Assembly: GCA_965242865.1 (NCBI GenBank)
Contig: CBDETK010000013.1
Coordinates: 3,456,001-3,520,000 of the forward strand
DNA from: Candidatus Latescibacterota bacterium
GTDB taxonomy: Bacteria > Latescibacterota > UBA2968 > UBA8231
DNA length: 64,000 nucleotides
Reading direction: 5' to 3'
The notes under the pieces were generated by a model. It saw only the letters and a program-made list of their open reading frames with translations. It ran no database searches and was not told where the DNA came from. Made by a program: the position numbers and the translations under genes. Positions 11,473-21,408 of the stretch are shown piece after piece (within the stretch, counting starts at the first letter, position 1; the number at the start of each line of letters is the position of its first letter).

Positions 11473-12219
11473 TCACATGACCATGCCGCCATCTACGGCC
11501 AAGACTTGGCCGGTGATGTACGCGGCCTGCTCCGAGGCTAGAAACGCCACGGCATGGGCCACGTCTTCGGGCGTGCCCGCTCGCCCTAGCGGGACCGCGG
11601 CAATTAGCTGTTCCTGCTGCTGGGGCGTCAACCCGTCGGTCATGCCCGTTTCCGGCACGAGGCCCGGGGCCACGGCATTGGCGGTGATGCCGCGCGAGGC
11701 CAACTCCCGCGCCAAGCTCTTGGTCAGGCCGATCAGCCCGGCCTTGGACGCGGCGTAATTGGCTTGGCCGGCATTGCCCTGCAATCCCACGACCGAGGTG
11801 ATGTTGACGATGCGCCCGCCGCGGGCCTTGAGCATGGGGCGCACGGCCGCCCGGACGCAGTTGAAGGCCCCCTTGAGATTGATCGCCAAGACCTCGTCCC
11901 AGTCCGCCTCCTTCATCCGCATCAGCAAATTGTCGCGGGTGACGCCGGCGTTGTTGACCAACACGTCCAAGCGGCCCAACTGGGCGATCGTCGCCGTCAC
12001 CAGTGCGGCTGCCTGCTCGGGGTCGGCGACATCGGCTTGGCGCACGAGGCGGCGGCGGCCTAGGGCCTCAATGGCCGTGGCCACTTCGCCGGCCGCGGCC
12101 ACGTTGCGCGCGCAGACAGCCAAGTCCGCGCCCTCTGCGGCCAAGCGCAGGGCAATGGCCCGGCCAATGCCCCGCGACCCACCCGTCACCAGCGCGACTT
12201 TTCCGTCCAAAAGGCCCAT
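11473..12219 (-). CDS. fabG: 3-oxoacyl-ACP reductase
   Basis: TGGSRGIG, NNAGVTRD, YAASK; fab cluster context. Confidence 0.95.
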   Translation of the reverse strand: MGLLDGKVALVTGGSRGIGRAIALRLAAEGADLAVCARNVAAAGEVATAIEALGRRRLVRQADVADPEQAAALVTATIAQLGRLDVLVNNAGVTRDNLLMRMKEADWDEVLAINLKGAFNCVRAAVRPMLKARGGRIVNITSVVGLQGNAGQANYAASKAGLIGLTKSLARELASRGITANAVAPGLVPETGMTDGLTPQQQEQLIAAVPLGRAGTPEDVAHAVAFLASEQAAYITGQVLAVDGGMVM

Positions 12220-13148
12220 TACTCCGCTCCTTTGGCCGCGGCGATTTCTTCCACAGTCCCCGCCAGTGCGACCGCCAGCTTGGGCGCGGTGCGGCGCACC
12301 AGCCCCCTGAGCACCCCGCCCGGCCCCACCTCCAAGGCGCGGCCGATGCCCATGGCCGCCAGCCGCTGCACGGTCGCGCTCCAGCGAACCGGGCGCGTGA
12401 TTTGCTCAATTAGGTGCAACCGCAGCGTTTCTGGGTCTTCCACGGGCGCGGCCGAGACATTGGTCAAGACCGGCACCTGCGGCCGCGCAAAGGACGCGGC
12501 CTGCAACAGGGGCGTCATCTGCGCGGCCGCCGACTCCATGAGCGGCGAGTGAAACGCCCCGCTGACGGCCAGTTCGACGACGCGACGCGCACCGGCTTGG
12601 GTGGCCAACTCGCACACGCGCGCCACCGCCCCCTGCTCGCCCGACACCACGACTTGGCCGGGCGCGTTGAAGTTGGCGGGCACTGCGACCCCCACTTCGG
12701 CGGCTCGTTGGCACAGCGCGGCGACGCGGTCGTCGTCCAAACCGATCACCGCGGCCATCGTCCCCGGCCGGGCGCGGCCCGCTTCCCGCATCAACCGGCC
12801 GCGCGTCCCCACGAGCGTCAGAGCCTCGGCAAAGGGGAGCACGCCGGCCGCCACCAGCGCCGAGTATTCCCCGAGACTGTGTCCAGCCACCGCGGCGGGC
12901 TGGAGGCCGGCCGAGGCGAGCAACTCGCCAACGACCACGCTGTGGACGAAGACGGCCGGCTGCGTAATGTGGGTTTGCGCCAGTTGCTCGGCCGGCCCCT
13001 CAAAGCAAAGCGCGCTGAGCGCGAAGCCCAGCACCTCGTCGGCCTCGGCAAAGCGCGCCCGCACTGATTCGCACCGCTCGCAGAGGTCGCGGGCCATGCC
13101 CACCGCCTGCGAACCCTGTCCCGGAAACAAAAAGGCGCGGCCACTCAT
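12219..13148 (-). CDS. fabD: Malonyl CoA-ACP transacylase
   Basis: FPGQGSQ, GHSLGEY, AFHSPLM. Confidence 0.95.
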   Translation of the reverse strand: MSGRAFLFPGQGSQAVGMARDLCERCESVRARFAEADEVLGFALSALCFEGPAEQLAQTHITQPAVFVHSVVVGELLASAGLQPAAVAGHSLGEYSALVAAGVLPFAEALTLVGTRGRLMREAGRARPGTMAAVIGLDDDRVAALCQRAAEVGVAVPANFNAPGQVVVSGEQGAVARVCELATQAGARRVVELAVSGAFHSPLMESAAAQMTPLLQAASFARPQVPVLTNVSAAPVEDPETLRLHLIEQITRPVRWSATVQRLAAMGIGRALEVGPGGVLRGLVRRTAPKLAVALAGTVEEIAAAKGAE

Positions 13149-14155
13149 CTTGCGGCTCCCCAGCGAAACAGGACGCTGCCCCAAGTGAGCCCGCCGCCGA
13201 CGCCGGTCATTAGCACCAGATCGCCGCGCTCCAGCCGCCCTTGGTCCACGGCTTCGGCCAAGGCAATCGGAATGGTCGCGGCCGTGGTGTTGGCGTAGCG
13301 GTCGATGTTGATCATCACCTTTTCCGGGGGGAGCTTCATGCGCCCGGCGGCCGCGTCAATGATGCGCTTGTTGGCTTGATGGGGCACGAACAGCTTGAGG
13401 TCTTCGCCGGTAAGACCGTTGCGCTCCAGCAGGCTGACGGACACTTCGGCCATTTTTTCCACGGCGAACCGAAAGACCGCTCGCCCCTCTTGGCGGATGT
13501 AGTGCATGCGCTGGTCCACGGTCTCGTGCGAAGGAGGGTGCAGGCTGCCGCCGCCCTTGATGTGCAAGCATTCGACCGCGGCCCCGTCGGCGTAGAGCTC
13601 AAAGTCCATCATGCCCGCGTTGTCTTCGCTGCGCTCGAGCAACACCCCACCCGCCCCATCGCCAAAGAGCACGCACGTCGTGCGGTCTTCAAAGTCGAGG
13701 ATGCTGCTCATCTTGTCGGCCCCAATGACCATCACCCGGCGATGGGAGCCGCTTTCGATGAATTGCGCTCCGGTCGCCACGGCAAAGACAAAGCCGGAGC
13801 AAGCGGCCGACAGGTCGTAGGCCCAGACCCGATTGGCCCCGATGGCGTGCTGCACCAAGCAGGCCGTCGCCGGAAAGATCATGTCTGGAGTAATGGTCGC
13901 GACGATGATCAGGTCGAGGCTGGCGGCCGCGATTCCACGACGGGCCAAGAGCGTGCGGGCCACCGCGCTGGCCATGGTGGAGGTCGGTTCATCCGCCCGC
14001 AGGAAGCGCCGCTCGCCAATGCCGGTGCGCGTGCGGATCCACTCATCCGAGGTATTTACCAGCCGCTCCATGTCGGCGTTGGTGACCACCTCGTCGGGCA
14101 GGCAGTGCGCCGTTGCCGTAATGGCCGCACGAAATTTTTTCTCCCCTTCAGCCAC
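13145..14155 (-). CDS. fabH: Beta-ketoacyl-ACP synthase III
   Basis: AACSGF, FGDGAG, PHQAN, YANT. Probable GTG start at 14155. Confidence 0.93.
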   Translation of the reverse strand: MAEGEKKFRAAITATAHCLPDEVVTNADMERLVNTSDEWIRTRTGIGERRFLRADEPTSTMASAVARTLLARRGIAAASLDLIIVATITPDMIFPATACLVQHAIGANRVWAYDLSAACSGFVFAVATGAQFIESGSHRRVMVIGADKMSSILDFEDRTTCVLFGDGAGGVLLERSEDNAGMMDFELYADGAAVECLHIKGGGSLHPPSHETVDQRMHYIRQEGRAVFRFAVEKMAEVSVSLLERNGLTGEDLKLFVPHQANKRIIDAAAGRMKLPPEKVMINIDRYANTTAATIPIALAEAVDQGRLERGDLVLMTGVGGGLTWGSVLFRWGAAR

Positions 14156-14177
14156 GCAATTAGCTGCTCCGAGCAGC

Positions 14178-14360
14178 CTACACTTCGGGCTCGACGTATT
14201 CGCGGCCTCGATAGAATCCGCAGCTCGGGCAGACGCGATGGGGCAAGGCCGGTTGTCCGCAGTGGGAGCAAGTCGTTCTCGCCGCGGCCTTGATCTTCCA
14301 GTGAGTGCGCCGCTTGTCGCGGCGGGTGCGCGAAATTCTCCTCTTCGGTACTGCAGCCAC
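14178..14360 (-). CDS. rpmF: 50S ribosomal protein L32
   Basis: AVPKRR..RR N-terminus and CxxC...HRVCxxCG.Y zinc motif. Confidence 0.95.
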   Translation of the reverse strand: MAAVPKRRISRTRRDKRRTHWKIKAAARTTCSHCGQPALPHRVCPSCGFYRGREYVEPEV

Positions 14361-14372
14361 GGGGAACTCCTC

Positions 14373-14918
14373 TCAAGAACCTTCTTTGGGTTGCGAAAAA
14401 TCGATCTGGGCGAGGGCCGCCCAACGCGGGTCCGTGCCGCTCGCCGCTTTGGCCGTAGGTTCGGCTGCGCCGTCCTCTCCGCAGTGTGGGCAGCGTCCAT
14501 CCGCGTCCGCGCCCGGGGTGGGGATGCGCATGGGCAAGTCCAAGATCACGGCTTCGCGGAGGTACGGGCCCAAATCGACCTCGCACGTCCCGGGATCGAC
14601 GATCTCGATGTACCCGTCTGCTTCGGCCGACGCCAACTCTTCGGGGGTGGCTTGGCGGCGCTGCAAGAGCAAGCGGAACCGCGCCGCGAGCTCTTCTTGC
14701 ACGTCCGCTAGGCAGCGATAGCACTCGCCGGCAATGCGGCACGTGACGACTCCATCGAGCCGGAAGTTGTCGAGGGTGCGCCGCACCTCAACGCGGGCTG
14801 CAACCGGAGCGGGAAAGGCGAAAAATTCGTCGTTTAGCTCCAGTTCCTCCGCCCGCAATTCAAAGGCGAGGGCATTGGGGCCTTCTACGAGGTCGTCGAG
14901 TACGAGCAAGGCACTCAT
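14373..14918 (-). CDS. yceD: YceD/DUF177 family protein
   Basis: CYRCL, DPRWAAL C-terminal motif; directly upstream of rpmF. Confidence 0.88.
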   Translation of the reverse strand: MSALLVLDDLVEGPNALAFELRAEELELNDEFFAFPAPVAARVEVRRTLDNFRLDGVVTCRIAGECYRCLADVQEELAARFRLLLQRRQATPEELASAEADGYIEIVDPGTCEVDLGPYLREAVILDLPMRIPTPGADADGRCPHCGEDGAAEPTAKAASGTDPRWAALAQIDFSQPKEGS

Positions 14919-14925
14919 GGCGCGT

Positions 14926-15327
14926 TCAGTCGGCAAAGAAAAACGCGATCTCGGCCTCGGCGTTGACCGCTGAGTCCGAGGCGTGGACGGCGTTGCATTG
15001 TACGTCCATGCCAAAGTCGCCGCGGATGGTGCCGGCCGGGGCTTCCAAGCTGTTGGTCGGGCCGATGAAAGCGCGCAGATGCGCTACGGCGTCGGCGCGC
15101 TCTAGTGCCATCGGCACGGCCGGCCCCGAAGTCATAAATTTCACCAGTTCGCCGTAGAAAGGCCGCTCCCGATGCACGGCGTAGAAGGCCCTCGCCTGCG
15201 CTGCGGACAGCTCGACCATGCGCAGGGCGCGCACGATAAACCCCTCGCCCTCGACGCGGGCAATAATCGGGCCGATGGCGTTTTGGGCGACCGCATCGGG
15301 CTTGATGATCATCAACGTGCGTTCCAT
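14926..15327 (-). CDS. ndk: Nucleoside diphosphate kinase
   Basis: ERTLMIIKPDAV, GTIRGDF, NAVHASDS. Confidence 0.96.
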   Translation of the reverse strand: MERTLMIIKPDAVAQNAIGPIIARVEGEGFIVRALRMVELSAAQARAFYAVHRERPFYGELVKFMTSGPAVPMALERADAVAHLRAFIGPTNSLEAPAGTIRGDFGMDVQCNAVHASDSAVNAEAEIAFFFAD

Positions 15328-15511
15328 AAGTATAGAATACCATTTTCTCGGCAAGTGCCTATCGTCAAACAAAATTTTTTAAGATAGGAGCCAATCCGCC
15401 TCGTGTCAATGGACGCCCCGCGCCACAAAATGCCCTAAGTGTCGATTCCATAATGAGTTCGGCTCGCATTTCTTGACGAGGTATCGAGCCGCCCCTAGAT
15501 TGGCCCACGCT

Positions 15512-16855
15512 ATGGATCACCCACTTTTAGCCGCAGAAGGCAAGGTCATTCGCGACCCGGTTTGGGGCTATATCCACTTCCCCGACCCCGTCCTCGCCCT
15601 CGTCGATACCCGGGCCTTTCAGCGTTTGCGCAACATCACCCAGCTCGGCTACGTGCATCTGGTCTATCCGGGGGCGCGCCACTCGCGCTTTGAGCACTCG
15701 CTGGGCGTCTATCACTTGGCCAAGCAATTTTTGGCCCGGCTCCTCGACTCAGACCCGCCCCTCGTGCTCAGCGACGAGGACGTGCGCGTCTTTATCGCCG
15801 CCACCTTGCTCCACGACATCGGCCACTACCCCTTCTCGCATACCCTCGAAGAGCTAAGGCCCTTTTTCATGCGGCACGAAGAAGGGGCTCGGCAGATCAT
15901 CGAGGACCCCGACGGCGAGCTCTACCAGACGCTCGCCGATGCGTTCCAGATCGACCCGGCGCGGGTGGCCAACGTCATCGACTACGAAAACAGCGGCCGC
16001 GCGATTTCGCCCGAGGATTTGCTGCTCGCCAATATCCTCAGCAACACCCTCGACCCGGACAAAATCGACTATCTCTTGCGCGATTCCATGTTTTGCGGCG
16101 TCCCCTTCGGCGAGAGCGTCAACCGCGACCGCCTGATCGCCTCCATCCAGTTCGACCCGCAGGGCCAGCGGCTGGCCATCACCAGTAAGGGCGTCTCGGC
16201 TGTTGAGGCCCTGGTCTTTACCAATTATCAGATGTACCGCAACGTGTACTGGCACCACGGGGTGCGCGCGGCGTCGGCCATGTTCAAGCGCGCCGTGCAA
16301 GAGATTCTCCTCCATCCGCACAACCGGCTCGACTTCTCCGACTTCCACCACCTCACCGAGAGTGGGCTGATCGCCCGCCTCCAGCGCGAGCAGGAGCGTC
16401 TAGGGCTAGCCGCTTCCGCCCAGCTCCTCGCGGGCACGGTCCACCGCCGCCTCTACAAGGTCGGGGCCGTCATCCATTCGAGCGAGCGCACCCAGCCCCT
16501 GATGCGCCACCTCGATTTTCTCTTCCGCCATCCGTACAAGCGCCGCGCCAAGGAAATCGAGCTTTGCCGAGTCTTTGGCCAGCGGCTGGGCCGCCCGCTC
16601 CAAGGCCACGAAATCCTCATCGACATCCCCAGCTTCAACAAGACGCCCGAATTCGATCTCCGGGTTTTCTATGGCCGCTCGCTCCCCGCCGCCGAGGCCG
16701 CTCCCCGCACCTTTGCCGATCCAGATGTTTCGCGCCTGCGCGACTCCCTGCTGCACAACTTTGAGGATCAAGCCAAAATTTTCCGCATCTTCTGCATCGA
16801 CGATCCCGATCTGCGGGAGCTGGTGGGCAACGAGGCCAAGCAGCATCTCAGTTGA
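15512..16855 (+). CDS. HD-domain phosphohydrolase, SAMHD1/dNTPase-like family
   Basis: IRDPVWG, FQRLR.I.QLG, HSRFEHSLG, LLHDIGH.PFSH, DKIDYL.RD, VYWH. Confidence 0.88.
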   Translation: MDHPLLAAEGKVIRDPVWGYIHFPDPVLALVDTRAFQRLRNITQLGYVHLVYPGARHSRFEHSLGVYHLAKQFLARLLDSDPPLVLSDEDVRVFIAATLLHDIGHYPFSHTLEELRPFFMRHEEGARQIIEDPDGELYQTLADAFQIDPARVANVIDYENSGRAISPEDLLLANILSNTLDPDKIDYLLRDSMFCGVPFGESVNRDRLIASIQFDPQGQRLAITSKGVSAVEALVFTNYQMYRNVYWHHGVRAASAMFKRAVQEILLHPHNRLDFSDFHHLTESGLIARLQREQERLGLAASAQLLAGTVHRRLYKVGAVIHSSERTQPLMRHLDFLFRHPYKRRAKEIELCRVFGQRLGRPLQGHEILIDIPSFNKTPEFDLRVFYGRSLPAAEAAPRTFADPDVSRLRDSLLHNFEDQAKIFRIFCIDDPDLRELVGNEAKQHLS

Positions 16856-16888
16856 TGCGCTGAATGCCCGATTGCGAGGAGGTATCCG

Positions 16889-18868
16889 ATGATACACTCA
16901 ATGGCCGCCGCATTCACCGCGGCATGGTTGATCTTGGGAGCGCAAAGCGGCTACGGACAGCCGCCGAGTGAGGCGGGGAAGATCTACTGGACGGATTCGG
17001 AGTGGGGCATCTATCGATCTAGCTTGGATGGCTCCAATGTCGAACCGCTCGTCATTCCAGATTTGAGGCGTCCCGACAAGATCGCTCTAGATAGCAGGGG
17101 GAAGATATACTGGACGGAAGGAGGAGGTGATATCTATTGTTCCAATCTCGACGGTTCCAATGTCAAAATCCTTGTGGACGTGTGGGGAACAGCCATAGAC
17201 CTCACCTTAGACGTAGCCGAAGGCAAGATATACTGGACGGAACAGTTCAACGCTAATGACTACTCTCAGGGTGCCCTTATGCGGGCGAACCTAGATGGAT
17301 CCAACGCCGAGGAACTCACAGAAGACCCGGTCAATCGCGATCTAGGGGGTATTGCTCTGGATTCAGTCAGGGGCAAAGTGTATTGGACCGATAGGGGCAC
17401 GATTCAGCGGGCGGACTTGGACGGAAAAAACGGCGAAATTGTCATCAGAGAACGCTATCCCAACGATCCCAACGATCTCGCCCTCGATGCGGAGGGAGGC
17501 AAGATATACTGGACCGATAGCAAGGGTTCAATTCTACGGGTGGCCTTGGATGGTGGAAACAGCGAAGAAATTCTCACAGCGTTAGCAGACCCTCCGGCAA
17601 GAATCGTCCTCGATGTGGATAAGGGCAAGATATACTGGACAGCCTCGGGGACGGGGACTTTTCAGCGGGCTGATTTGGACGGAACCAATATCGAATATCT
17701 GGTGGAATGGGAAGGGGCAACCGGCTTCGCCCTCGGGCCAGAGGGAAGAAAAATTTACTGGACAGATGTCAAGGGGGCGACTCACCGGGCAAACCTAGAT
17801 GGCTCTAACATCGAACACCTCTTTACTCCAGCATTGAGGGAGCCATACGGCATTGCTTTGGACCTAGCCAGAGCAAAGATGTACTGGACCGATCTAGGGC
17901 TGGGTTCCATCCATCAAGCCAATCTAGATGGTTCTAACCGCAGATCATGGATCACAGGCTTAGATACTCCCAAGGGTATCCTGCTAGCCGACGACAAGCT
18001 CTACTGGGCTGATTCGGGGACGGGAAAAATTCAGGCGGCCGACTTACATAGCTCGCAGGTCAAAGAAATCGTCACAGGGTTAGATAAGCCGAATGCTATC
18101 GCCTTGGACCAGGATAGGGCCAAAATCTACTGGACGGAAGAAACCTCCATTCAACGGTCCAACTTAGACGGCTCGCAGATCGAAGAAATCGCAACCGTGC
18201 ATTCCTTGGGCATCACCTTAGACTCGGATAGGGCCAAAATTTACTGGACGAATCGCGATACCGTCTTCCGGTCCAACTTGGATGGCTCACACATCGAAAA
18301 TATCGCTGTTGTTCATCGTTGGGATGGTCGGAACGAAGCTATCGCCTTAGACCCCATTGGGGGAAAGATATACTGGACAGGATTGAATATCGGGTTCACC
18401 ACTGATTGGGGTGATTATTACAGCGATGAGAATGTTCATTCGGAAATTTTCCGGTCCAACTTGGACAGCTCTAATGTCGAGCAAATCCAATCCATGAATA
18501 CAGGGTGGCTCTCGACCCTCACCGGCATCGCCCTACATATCCCCCACCCAACCTCGGTCGCAACGCCCAGCACCACGCCGACGATACCAACCACCAGCGG
18601 CCTAGACCCCAATTTCCCCAACCCCTTCAACGCCCACACCCAGATCGCCTACCGCCTCGCCGCGTCCGGCCCGGTGCGGCTAGAAATCTACAACGTCTTA
18701 GGCCAGCCCGTGCGGACGCTGGTGAACCAGTTCCAGCCCGCCGGCTTCTACCAAGTCCCTTGGGACGCCCGCGACCAGCGAGGGGCTGCGCTCGCGGCCG
18801 GCGTCTATCTCGCACGCCTGCACCATCCCGCTGGAACGCAGACCCGACGGTTGCTCTATCTCAAGTAG
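16889..18868 (+). CDS. Secreted YWTD (LDL-receptor class B) repeat beta-propeller protein with C-terminal FlgD-Ig/T9SS-like domain
   Basis: Signal peptide; about 12 K(I/M/L/V)YW(T/A)(D/E) repeats with R.NLDGS; Thr/Pro linker; PNFPNPFN...GVYLARL tail. Confidence 0.85.
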   Translation: MIHSMAAAFTAAWLILGAQSGYGQPPSEAGKIYWTDSEWGIYRSSLDGSNVEPLVIPDLRRPDKIALDSRGKIYWTEGGGDIYCSNLDGSNVKILVDVWGTAIDLTLDVAEGKIYWTEQFNANDYSQGALMRANLDGSNAEELTEDPVNRDLGGIALDSVRGKVYWTDRGTIQRADLDGKNGEIVIRERYPNDPNDLALDAEGGKIYWTDSKGSILRVALDGGNSEEILTALADPPARIVLDVDKGKIYWTASGTGTFQRADLDGTNIEYLVEWEGATGFALGPEGRKIYWTDVKGATHRANLDGSNIEHLFTPALREPYGIALDLARAKMYWTDLGLGSIHQANLDGSNRRSWITGLDTPKGILLADDKLYWADSGTGKIQAADLHSSQVKEIVTGLDKPNAIALDQDRAKIYWTEETSIQRSNLDGSQIEEIATVHSLGITLDSDRAKIYWTNRDTVFRSNLDGSHIENIAVVHRWDGRNEAIALDPIGGKIYWTGLNIGFTTDWGDYYSDENVHSEIFRSNLDSSNVEQIQSMNTGWLSTLTGIALHIPHPTSVATPSTTPTIPTTSGLDPNFPNPFNAHTQIAYRLAASGPVRLEIYNVLGQPVRTLVNQFQPAGFYQVPWDARDQRGAALAAGVYLARLHHPAGTQTRRLLYLK

Positions 18869-18981
18869 CCGACGAAAGCGACGCCTTTCTTGCCGATCTA
18901 ATATCAGATGTTAAATTTGCAAGAAATAGGTCTCGCATCGTATGCCTTATCTCCAGCACCATTTGACGCAAACTGATCCCC

Positions 18982-19095
18982 ATGATCTATGCCGCACCCA
19001 TTGCAACCGACTATTGGGACGACGACGGGACGGAGGAGTACCGGGCGATGTTCGAGCGGATTGAACGCGAGGGGACCGTGCTGGAGCGGGCGTAG
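18982..19095 (+). pseudogene. Possible C-terminal remnant of a minimal nucleotidyltransferase (MNT) protein
   Basis: MIYAAPIATDYWDDDGTEEYRAMFERIEREGTVLERA*; the F..I.REG.VL ending resembles MNT C-termini. In-frame stop just upstream. Confidence 0.35.
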
Positions 19096-19137
19096 GGATG
19101 CGGATTACTTCCAAAGACATCCTGTATCTCGCGTCGT

Positions 19138-19551
19138 TCAAGGGGTTTCGCCTTCTTGTACGCGCTCGAATTTGAGGGCCGCTGAGTTCACGCAGTAGCG
19201 CAGGCCGGTCGGCTGGGGGCCGTCGTCGAAGATGTGGCCGAGATGGGCGTCGCATTGGCCGCACAGCACCTCGGTGCGCACCATGCCGTGGCTCGTGTCG
19301 CGCTCCTCGGCGACCTTGTCCGCGGCGATGGGCTGCCAAAAACTAGGCCAACCAGACCGCGAATCGTACTTGGTTGCCGAGCTGAACAGCTCGCTGCCGC
19401 AGCAGACGCAGCGATAGACCCCGGACTCCTTGTTGTCGCAGAGCGCGCCGGTAAACGCTCGTTCCGTGCCCTTCTGCCGCGTTATGTAGTATTGCGCTTG
19501 CGTCAGTTCCCGCCGCCACTCGGCGTCGCTTTTGACGATCTTTTTCTGCAT
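19138..19551 (-). CDS. msrB: Peptide-methionine (R)-S-oxide reductase
   Basis: GTERAF, GWPSF, HLGHIF.DGP, RYCVNS. Confidence 0.96.
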   Translation of the reverse strand: MQKKIVKSDAEWRRELTQAQYYITRQKGTERAFTGALCDNKESGVYRCVCCGSELFSSATKYDSRSGWPSFWQPIAADKVAEERDTSHGMVRTEVLCGQCDAHLGHIFDDGPQPTGLRYCVNSAALKFERVQEGETP

Positions 19552-19573
19552 CCCAGCATTCCTTTCTCTTGGG

Positions 19574-20053
19574 TCAATCCCAATCGGCCAATTCGGCGTA
19601 CCGACCGCCAAAAAAGATCAGGGGTGCCCCCTCGCCCCCCTCGCCGGCCACGCATTCGCCGATGAACATGTCGTGGTCGCCCGCCGCGGCGATTTCCACC
19701 AGCTTGCAGTCCACATAAGCCAAGGCGTCCGCCAAAATCGGCGCACCGGTCTGGGCCACTTTGGTCGCCAGATCTGCAAAGTCCTTGGGGCCGCGCTGGG
19801 CAAAGCGCACGGAGAGGGCCTCCTGCTCTCGCTTGAGGATGTTGATGGCAAAGCCCTCTGCTTTTTGCAATAGGCCGTGCATGGACGCGCCTTTGTCCAC
19901 CGAGACGACCACCAGCGGGGGCGCCAGGGACAGCGACATGACCGCGTTGGCCGTCATGCCCCAAAGCTGGCCATCCCAGCAGGTGGTCACCACGGTGACG
20001 CCCGTGGCAAAGCGGCCCATAATTTGTCGCTGCAGCAGGGGATCAAACGCCAT
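19574..20053 (-). CDS. Flavin reductase family protein
   Basis: [22 protein letters not shown] motifs. Confidence 0.9.
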   Translation of the reverse strand: MAFDPLLQRQIMGRFATGVTVVTTCWDGQLWGMTANAVMSLSLAPPLVVVSVDKGASMHGLLQKAEGFAINILKREQEALSVRFAQRGPKDFADLATKVAQTGAPILADALAYVDCKLVEIAAAGDHDMFIGECVAGEGGEGAPLIFFGGRYAELADWD

Positions 20054-20071
20054 CGCCCGGTTCCTTTCGCG

Positions 20072-21304
20072 TTAATGGAGTGCGTTCCGATAGATGCGGG
20101 CCGCGTCGGCTGGTTCCACTGCGACCGGATTGGGGTCGAGCAAACGCTGGACGCTCAGGGCACTTTCGACCATTTGCGGAATGTCGGCCGCGCTCAACCC
20201 GGCCGCGCCCAGCGAGCGGTACGGGGTGTGCTGCCGGCGCAATCCGTCGATCCACTCCGCGGCCAACTCAACGCCCTCCTCGCGGCTCTTGCCGCCCAGT
20301 GCCAGCCCGGCCGCGCCCGCGACAAAGTAATACTTGTCGGCTACGGCCGGGGCGTTGTGCCGCATCACCCCCGGCAAGACGAGGGCCACGGCCGCGCCGT
20401 GCGGCACGGGGGCACCGCGCTCAAAGGAGATCTTTTCGATTCCGTAGCCGAGGGCGTGGCCGGCCCCGGTGTTGATCGGGCTCAATAGCAGCCCGGCCAG
20501 CAGGGCACAGCGCGCCATTTGATAGCGCGTGGGTAGATCGCCGCAAACTACGGCTTGTACGTAGGCCGGGCACCCCGCGGTCAGGGCGGCCCGCGCTACG
20601 GCGTCGCCAATGGCATTGCTCTTGGTGGAGGCCGTGCATTCGAGGGCGTGCCCGAGGGCATCTAAGCCGGTGATGGCGGTCAACACCGGCGGCATGTCTT
20701 GGTGCAAACGCGGGTCCACCAGCGCGGCCTTGGGCTGTAAATAGCGGCTGTACACGGCCTTCTTGCCGGTGGCGTCGGCGATTACGGCCACCCGACTGAC
20801 TTCGCTGCCCGTGCCCGCGGTCGTCGGGATGCCGACGAGCGGGGCCAGCGGCGGCTTTTGGTAGCGGTCGAAGCCAAAGTAATCGGCTACGGACCCGCCA
20901 TTGGCAGCGGTGCAGAGCGCGGCCTTGGCCGTGTCTATGGTGCTGCCCCCGCCCAAGGCGACGGCCACGTCGAAATCCGCAGCCGCCAGTGCGCGGGCGC
21001 AGGCATCCACGCTGCGGACCGAGGGGTTGGGCGCGATCTCGCTGTACGCGCCCACCACGTCTAAGCGGCTAAGGGCTTGGCGGACTAGGGCGACGAGGGG
21101 GGCAATGCCCGGGTCGTGGATTAGCAACACCCGGCCCGCGCCGAGGCGGACGCACTCGTCGGCGAGCTGGGCTAGGGCACCCGCCCCGAAGGCGACCCGC
21201 CGGTCGCAAAATTCAAACAGCGCGGCCAGCGCGGCGCGCCGATTTTCTGCGGCAAAGTAAGCACTGCTAGCTAGCAGTTCCTCGTTGATCTGCACCGTGC
21301 CCAT
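20072..21304 (-). CDS. Iron-containing alcohol dehydrogenase
   Basis: GGGSTID, PTTAGTGSE, DALGHALE, GHAL, PHG motifs. Confidence 0.88.
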   Translation of the reverse strand: MGTVQINEELLASSAYFAAENRRAALAALFEFCDRRVAFGAGALAQLADECVRLGAGRVLLIHDPGIAPLVALVRQALSRLDVVGAYSEIAPNPSVRSVDACARALAAADFDVAVALGGGSTIDTAKAALCTAANGGSVADYFGFDRYQKPPLAPLVGIPTTAGTGSEVSRVAVIADATGKKAVYSRYLQPKAALVDPRLHQDMPPVLTAITGLDALGHALECTASTKSNAIGDAVARAALTAGCPAYVQAVVCGDLPTRYQMARCALLAGLLLSPINTGAGHALGYGIEKISFERGAPVPHGAAVALVLPGVMRHNAPAVADKYYFVAGAAGLALGGKSREEGVELAAEWIDGLRRQHTPYRSLGAAGLSAADIPQMVESALSVQRLLDPNPVAVEPADAARIYRNALH

Positions 21305-21408
21305 CGCGGCCTTCCTCCAATGTTGATGCGGCGAACCGAGCCTTGTTTTGCCTGGGGGATTTGTGCAATATATACACGAAGCCGCCGCCCTACAAAAACG
21401 GAGCCGCC

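Noticed and set aside
8263-14155. Type II PKS or secondary-metabolite cluster
   Set aside because: Canonical FAS II genes with rpmF and rnc; no chain-length factor or tailoring enzymes.
16889-18868. Diversity-generating retroelement target in the repeat protein
   Set aside because: No reverse transcriptase and no adenine-specific template/variable repeat pair seen; the DNA similarity reflects protein repeats.
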